Source: an uncultured Eubacteriales bacterium (lineage in GTDB: Bacteria; Acidobacteriota; Aminicenantia; Aminicenantales; Saccharicenantaceae). Taken from it: DNA of 64,000 bases. The stretch is from assembly GCA_964574895.1 (NCBI GenBank), contig CAZNPB010000004.1, forward strand, positions 11,468-75,467, given 5' to 3'. Position 1 is the first letter of the stretch, and each line of letters opens with the position of its first letter. The position numbers were made by a program, and so were the translations under genes. Under the pieces are notes generated by a model. That model ran no database searches, was not told the origin of the DNA, and worked only from the letters and a program-made list of their open reading frames with translations. This document shows, piece after piece, positions 59,835 to 64,000 of the stretch.

Positions 59835-62231
59835 TTGCCGGTGATGCCTCTCCCGTCGCGCCCGACCCCCGCGCCCGGCCCGGCCCGGGTCTCGCCGTCC
59901 GGGAACCCGGTCCCGCGGGGCCCCCTCATCTTCGTCATCGCGGTCATCGCCGCGGCCTGCGCCGCGGGGCCGGCCGCCGCCCCCCCCGCCCCGCTCCCCT
60001 CGAGTCCCTGCGGCCGGGCCTTCGTCTTCGTCGACCACGGCCGGCCGGCGGCCCGGATCGAGATCCCCGAGAACGCCGGCGAGATCGAACGGCGGGCCGC
60101 CGATATCCTGCAGACCTCGGTCTTCAAGATGACGGGCGTCGATCTGCCGGTCCTGCCCGTCCGCGCCCCCGGCCGGCCCGGCGTCGCCGCCATCGGCTTC
60201 GCCGCCGGCGACCTGCCGCCCGTCGTCGCCTCCTCGCTCCCCTCGCTCCGGGCCGACGGCTTCGCCGCCGCGACCTCGACCGGCAACCTCTATATCGTCT
60301 CCGGCGGCGGCCGAGGCCTCGTCTACGGCGTCGTCCACCTGCTGGAGAAGTACTTCGGCTGCCGCCGCTACAGCCCAGCGGCCGAGATCTTCCCGCGCCG
60401 CGGCGACCTGGCCTTGGGCTGCCTGTTCGAGGTCGACAACCCCGTGAACGAGGTCCGCATCGTCAACGGCGACTTCGCCCAGGACCGGGACTGGCTCGAC
60501 TGGATGCGCCTGCAAACGACGGCCGACCTCTACGGCGACGGCTATTACGTCCACACCCTCCAGCGTCTGGTGCCCTGGCAGGAGCACTTCGCCGCGCATC
60601 CCGAGTATTTCGCCCTGATGAACGGCAAGCGCGTCATCGACCAGCCCTGCCTGTCGCGCCCCGAGGTCTTCGACCTGGCCGTGGCCGGGCTCCGCGAGGA
60701 GATGGCCGCCCAGCCGGATAAGGTCATCTGGTCGGTCAGCCAGAACGACAACTTCTCCTACTGCCAGTGTCCCGAGTGCGCCAAGGCCATCGAGGAGGAA
60801 GGCTCCCCGGCCGGCCCCGTCCTGCGCTTCGTCAACCGCGTCGCGGCGGCCTTCCCCGACAAGATCATCTCGACCCTGGCCTACCAGTATTCCCGCCCGG
60901 CGCCGCGCCTGACGAGGCCGGCCCCGAACGTCGAGGTCATGCTCTGCACGATCGAGCTCGGCCGCCACCGGCCTATCGCCGAGGACCCGGCCGGCGCCTC
61001 GTTCGTCCGCGACATCGGGGACTGGAGCCGCATCTGCGGCCGCCTCTATCTCTGGGACTACACCGTCAATTTCTCGCACTTCGTCTCGCCCTTTCCCAAC
61101 CTCCACGTCCTCGGGCCGAACCTCCGCTTCTTCGCCGGCCACGGCGTCCGCCGGCATTTCCAGCAGACCAACACCGGCCCCGGGCACGAGATGAGCGAGC
61201 TCAAATCCTACCTCCTGGCCCGCCTGCTTTGGGACCCCGGGACCGACGTCAAGGCGGTGACGAACGACTTCCTGGCCGGCTATTACGGCCCGGCCGGTCC
61301 GTTCATCCGCCGCTACCTCGACGGCTTGGAGCGCGCCCTGGCCCGCGGCGGCGCCCGGCTCGACATCTACGAGCCGCCGGCCGTCCACGCCGGCGACTAC
61401 CTCTCGGCCGCCGACATCGCGGCCTTCGGCGCGCTTTTCGACCGGGCCGAGGCCGCCGCGGCCGGCGATCCGGAGCGTCTGACCCGCGTCCGCACGGCCC
61501 GGCTGCCCCTGATGTACGCCGAGATCGAGATCGCCAAGGACGACCTGTTCGGCCCCCGGGGCTTTTTCGCCGAGAAGGCCGGCCGGTTCGCGCTTCGCCC
61601 GGGCCGGGTCGGGCTGATCGACGATTTCTACGAGCGCTGCCGGGCCGCCGGGGTGCGGAACCTGAACGAGTCGGGCCTGGCGCCCGAGGCCTACCGCGAC
61701 GGCGTCCGGCGGTTCATCGACGTCCAGGTCGAGGGCAACGCCGCCTTCCACCGGCCGGTCGCCGCCGATCCTCCTCCTTCGCCCAAGTACGCCCGGGGCG
61801 ACACGACCGTCCTGACCAACGGCGTCCGGGGAGCAGCCGATTTCAAGGTCCACTGGCTGGGCTGGGAAGGCGTCGACGCCACGCTGACCCTGGATCTTGG
61901 CCGGCCCGTCCCCGCCCGCGAGATCGCCGTCAGCACGCTCTCCGACTTCCGCAGCTGGATCCTCCATCCCGGCCGGGTCGCCTGCGCCGTCTCGGCCGAC
62001 GGGACCGCTTTCCGGGACCTCGGTCCCTGCCCGGCCGACACAGGCGGCGACCACCAGGGAGAAGAGAGCGTCCGGACCCACCGCTGGACGGATCTCGCGG
62101 CCGCGACCGCGCCGGCCCCGGCCATCCGCTTCGTCCGCTTCCGCCTCGAGGCGGCCAAGACCCTTCCGGCCTGGCACGTCTCGGCCGGAGGCCTGTCCTG
62201 GATCTTCGTCGACGAGATCGTCGTCCGCTGA
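59835..62231 (+). CDS. DUF4838 (GH20/GH67-like) protein with C-terminal F5/8 type C (discoidin) domain
   Basis: 798 aa (TTG 59835, with alternatives GTG 59841 and ATG 59844). SVSQNDNFSYCQCPECA and YLWDYTVNF blocks. C-terminal NGVRGAADFKVHWLGWEG... Confidence 0.8.
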   Translation: MPVMPLPSRPTPAPGPARVSPSGNPVPRGPLIFVIAVIAAACAAGPAAAPPAPLPSSPCGRAFVFVDHGRPAARIEIPENAGEIERRAADILQTSVFKMTGVDLPVLPVRAPGRPGVAAIGFAAGDLPPVVASSLPSLRADGFAAATSTGNLYIVSGGGRGLVYGVVHLLEKYFGCRRYSPAAEIFPRRGDLALGCLFEVDNPVNEVRIVNGDFAQDRDWLDWMRLQTTADLYGDGYYVHTLQRLVPWQEHFAAHPEYFALMNGKRVIDQPCLSRPEVFDLAVAGLREEMAAQPDKVIWSVSQNDNFSYCQCPECAKAIEEEGSPAGPVLRFVNRVAAAFPDKIISTLAYQYSRPAPRLTRPAPNVEVMLCTIELGRHRPIAEDPAGASFVRDIGDWSRICGRLYLWDYTVNFSHFVSPFPNLHVLGPNLRFFAGHGVRRHFQQTNTGPGHEMSELKSYLLARLLWDPGTDVKAVTNDFLAGYYGPAGPFIRRYLDGLERALARGGARLDIYEPPAVHAGDYLSAADIAAFGALFDRAEAAAAGDPERLTRVRTARLPLMYAEIEIAKDDLFGPRGFFAEKAGRFALRPGRVGLIDDFYERCRAAGVRNLNESGLAPEAYRDGVRRFIDVQVEGNAAFHRPVAADPPPSPKYARGDTTVLTNGVRGAADFKVHWLGWEGVDATLTLDLGRPVPAREIAVSTLSDFRSWILHPGRVACAVSADGTAFRDLGPCPADTGGDHQGEESVRTHRWTDLAAATAPAPAIRFVRFRLEAAKTLPAWHVSAGGLSWIFVDEIVVR

Positions 62232-62252
62232 CCGGCGGGAGGCCGGGACCCG

Positions 62253-62281
62253 TTGGGCGATCGAAAGCCGTCTGGTATAAT
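62253..62281 (+). promoter_or_regulatory. promoter (TTGGGC-17-TATAAT, TG-extended)
   Basis: TTGGGC 62253-62258, TGGTATAAT ending at 62281. SD AAGGTGAG before ATG 62306. Confidence 0.6.
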
Positions 62282-62305
62282 GGTCGTCCGCGACTAAAAG
62301 GTGAG

Positions 62306-62887
62306 ATGAGAGAGAAGATCCGAGCCTTCTTCGCCCCGGAGACCCCGGCCCGGCGCCGGTTCCTCGGTTTCGGCCTGGCCTCCCTGGCCCTGCCGCTGGC
62401 CTCCCGGCTGCCTCTCTTCGGGGCCGAGCCCCCCCTGCCCCCCGACCGCGGCCTGTCGTTCTACAACACCCACACGGGGGAGAGCGAATCGGCCGAGTAT
62501 TGCCTGAACGGCTGTCTCGTCCCCGGCTCTCTGGCCAGGATCGACCACATCCTCCGGGACACGCGCACGGACGAGGTCCTGGCCATCGACGTCGGGCTCC
62601 TCGACCTCCTCAACACGCTGGCCCGGACGCTGCCGGCGGCCGCGCCCTTCCACGTCATTTCGGGCTATCGCTCGCCCCGGACCAATGAGTACCTGCGGAC
62701 GCACGGCGGCGGAGGGGTCGCCGCCAACAGCCTCCACCTCGTGGGCAAGGCCGTCGATATCCGCGTCCCCGGCATCCGGCTCCGCGACCTCTATCGCGCG
62801 GCCGTCGGCCTGCGGCGCGGCGGCGTGGGGATCTATCCGGCCTCCGATTTCGTCCACGTCGACGTCGGCCGCGTCCGGACCTGGTAG
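62306..62887 (+). CDS. DUF882 / peptidase M15A (YcbK/MepK-like murein endopeptidase), Tat signal
   Basis: Real part of ORF 60767..62887, from ATG 62306. RRRFLGFGLA twin-arginine signal. SGYRSPRTN...SLHLVGKAVDI...FVHVD metal ligands. Confidence 0.8.
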   Translation: MREKIRAFFAPETPARRRFLGFGLASLALPLASRLPLFGAEPPLPPDRGLSFYNTHTGESESAEYCLNGCLVPGSLARIDHILRDTRTDEVLAIDVGLLDLLNTLARTLPAAAPFHVISGYRSPRTNEYLRTHGGGGVAANSLHLVGKAVDIRVPGIRLRDLYRAAVGLRRGGVGIYPASDFVHVDVGRVRTW

Positions 62888-62893
62888 GCCGGG

Positions 62894-64000
62894 TCAGCGG
62901 GCCGACGACGAGGCCCGCTCGTCCAGGGCCCGGACGAGGGCCGCGTCCCGCAGATAGATATCGGGCCGGAACTGCGTCCGCCCGTCGGCGCCGAGCCAGG
63001 CCGTCCAGTAAAGGACGTGCACGTTCCACGGCCGGGGGACCCGGACGGCCCGGTTCGTCCCCTCTTCGACGGCCCGCTCGATCCCGTCCCGCGTCCAGGC
63101 CGGATCGCCGTCGAGCACCAGGGCGGCCAAGTCGAGGGGGCGCTCGACCCGGATGCAGCCCGAGCTCAAGTCGCGGGCGGCCCGGTCGAACAGCCAGCGC
63201 TCGGGCGTATCGTGGATGTAGACGTCGAACTTGTTGGGGAAGAGGAACATCAGCCGGCCCAGGGAGTTCTGCGGGCCCGGGTCCTGGCGGAACTTCCAGG
63301 ACAGGGTCGGGGCCTCGACGCGCGACCAATCGACCGCCGCGGCGTCGACCTCCGGGGCCCCTTCGGCCCAGGTCTCGAAGATCCGGAAGCCCTTTTTGGC
63401 CAGATAGCCGGGGTCCTTGCGGACCTTGGGCAGGATGTCCTCCCGGGCCAGCTTGGGCGGCACGTTCCAATAGGGATTGAAGGTCACGGTGGCCAGCCGG
63501 CCGCTGAAATCGGGCGTCCGCCGGTAGGCCCGGCCGACGATGGCCGGCATGGACGTGACCAGGCGGCCGCCGTCCCAGACGCCGACCCGGAAATCGGCGA
63601 CGTTGACGAGGATGAACCGCTCGCCCAGGTCCGTCGTGATCCAGCGCCAGCGCTCGAGATTGGCCCGGACCTGCCGCAGCCGCTCGCCGGCGGGAACGGA
63701 CAGGGCCGTGGCCGTCGCGGCCCCGGCCACGCCGTCGGGGTCGAGGCCGTGCCGGCTCTGGAAGGCCTTGAGCGCGCTTTCGAGGGCGCCGTCGAAAAGC
63801 TCGGCGTCGGCCGGAGCGGCCCCGGCCGGGGCCGCCAGCTCGCCCATCCCGGCCAGGGTCCGGCGGAGGGCGGCCACGCGGGCGTCCCGGTCGCCGGAGG
63901 CGAGTTTCGGCCCGGACGGGAACGCCGGCCAGCCGCCGGCGGCGGCCAGGGCCCCGATCTCGCGATAGGCCTGCCGCAAACCCCGGTAGATCGCGTAATG
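62894..64000 (-). CDS. L,D-transpeptidase (YcbB/LdtD-like: PG-binding + YkuD domains); N-terminus beyond window end
   Basis: ORF track 62894..63979, but the frame stays open to 64000. ALKAFQSRHGLDPDGVAG (PG_binding_1). YIHDTP...SSGCIRV (YkuD catalytic Cys). Confidence 0.8.
   Translation of the reverse strand, partial: HYAIYRGLRQAYREIGALAAAGGWPAFPSGPKLASGDRDARVAALRRTLAGMGELAAPAGAAPADAELFDGALESALKAFQSRHGLDPDGVAGAATATALSVPAGERLRQVRANLERWRWITTDLGERFILVNVADFRVGVWDGGRLVTSMPAIVGRAYRRTPDFSGRLATVTFNPYWNVPPKLAREDILPKVRKDPGYLAKKGFRIFETWAEGAPEVDAAAVDWSRVEAPTLSWKFRQDPGPQNSLGRLMFLFPNKFDVYIHDTPERWLFDRAARDLSSGCIRVERPLDLAALVLDGDPAWTRDGIERAVEEGTNRAVRVPRPWNVHVLYWTAWLGADGRTQFRPDIYLRDAALVRALDERASSSAR

Noticed and set aside
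59007-62177. 1056-aa minus-strand ORF, together with the 918-aa ORF 56105..58861.
   Set aside because: They overlap four well-supported plus-strand genes (POT, M24 peptidase, membrane protein, DUF4838). Their composition is low-complexity (G/R/D/E/A/P).

Overview
Very GC-rich bacterial chromosomal segment. Third codon positions are almost all G/C, so most long antisense ORFs in the track are artefacts. Gene content indicates a diderm bacterium: OMPLA, a TonB-receptor-like barrel, FtsEX, RodZ, RecO, MutM and SecA. The VWFA-related domain protein and the oversized CarboxypepD_reg barrel suggest Acidobacteriota or a related lineage, which is inference only. I support about 50 protein genes, one tRNA-Arg(CCU) and about 20 sigma70-type promoters with 16-18 nt spacing. 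Most genes are housekeeping, transport or glycan scavenging: potABCD, a TatT-type TRAP transporter, an H+-pyrophosphatase, two BNR/sialidase-like proteins, a GH123-like protein and a DUF4838 protein. No CRISPR array, integrase, transposase or prophage was seen.

Main observations, in rough order of interest:
1. An orphan 435-aa gene (1940-3247) with a restriction-endonuclease-like C-terminus. It shares an operator-like palindrome over the -35 box with two stand-alone PilZ genes.
2. A c-di-GMP module (HD-GYP plus two PilZ) interleaved with three lipid-hydrolase genes, including a PilZ-OMPLA operon.
3. An archaeal-type GatE-GatD amidotransferase operon embedded in bacterial context.
4. A divergent, tail-anchored SecA paralogue with a small membrane ORF, bracketed by 45-bp inverted repeats.
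5. Two families of palindromic MITE/REP-like elements that abut stop codons. They donate -35 boxes and, in two or three cases, also supply start or stop codons.
6. A roughly 200-nt nested hairpin with 6S-RNA-like geometry between ftsX and rodZ.

All functional calls come from reading translations and motifs by eye. No database search was run.
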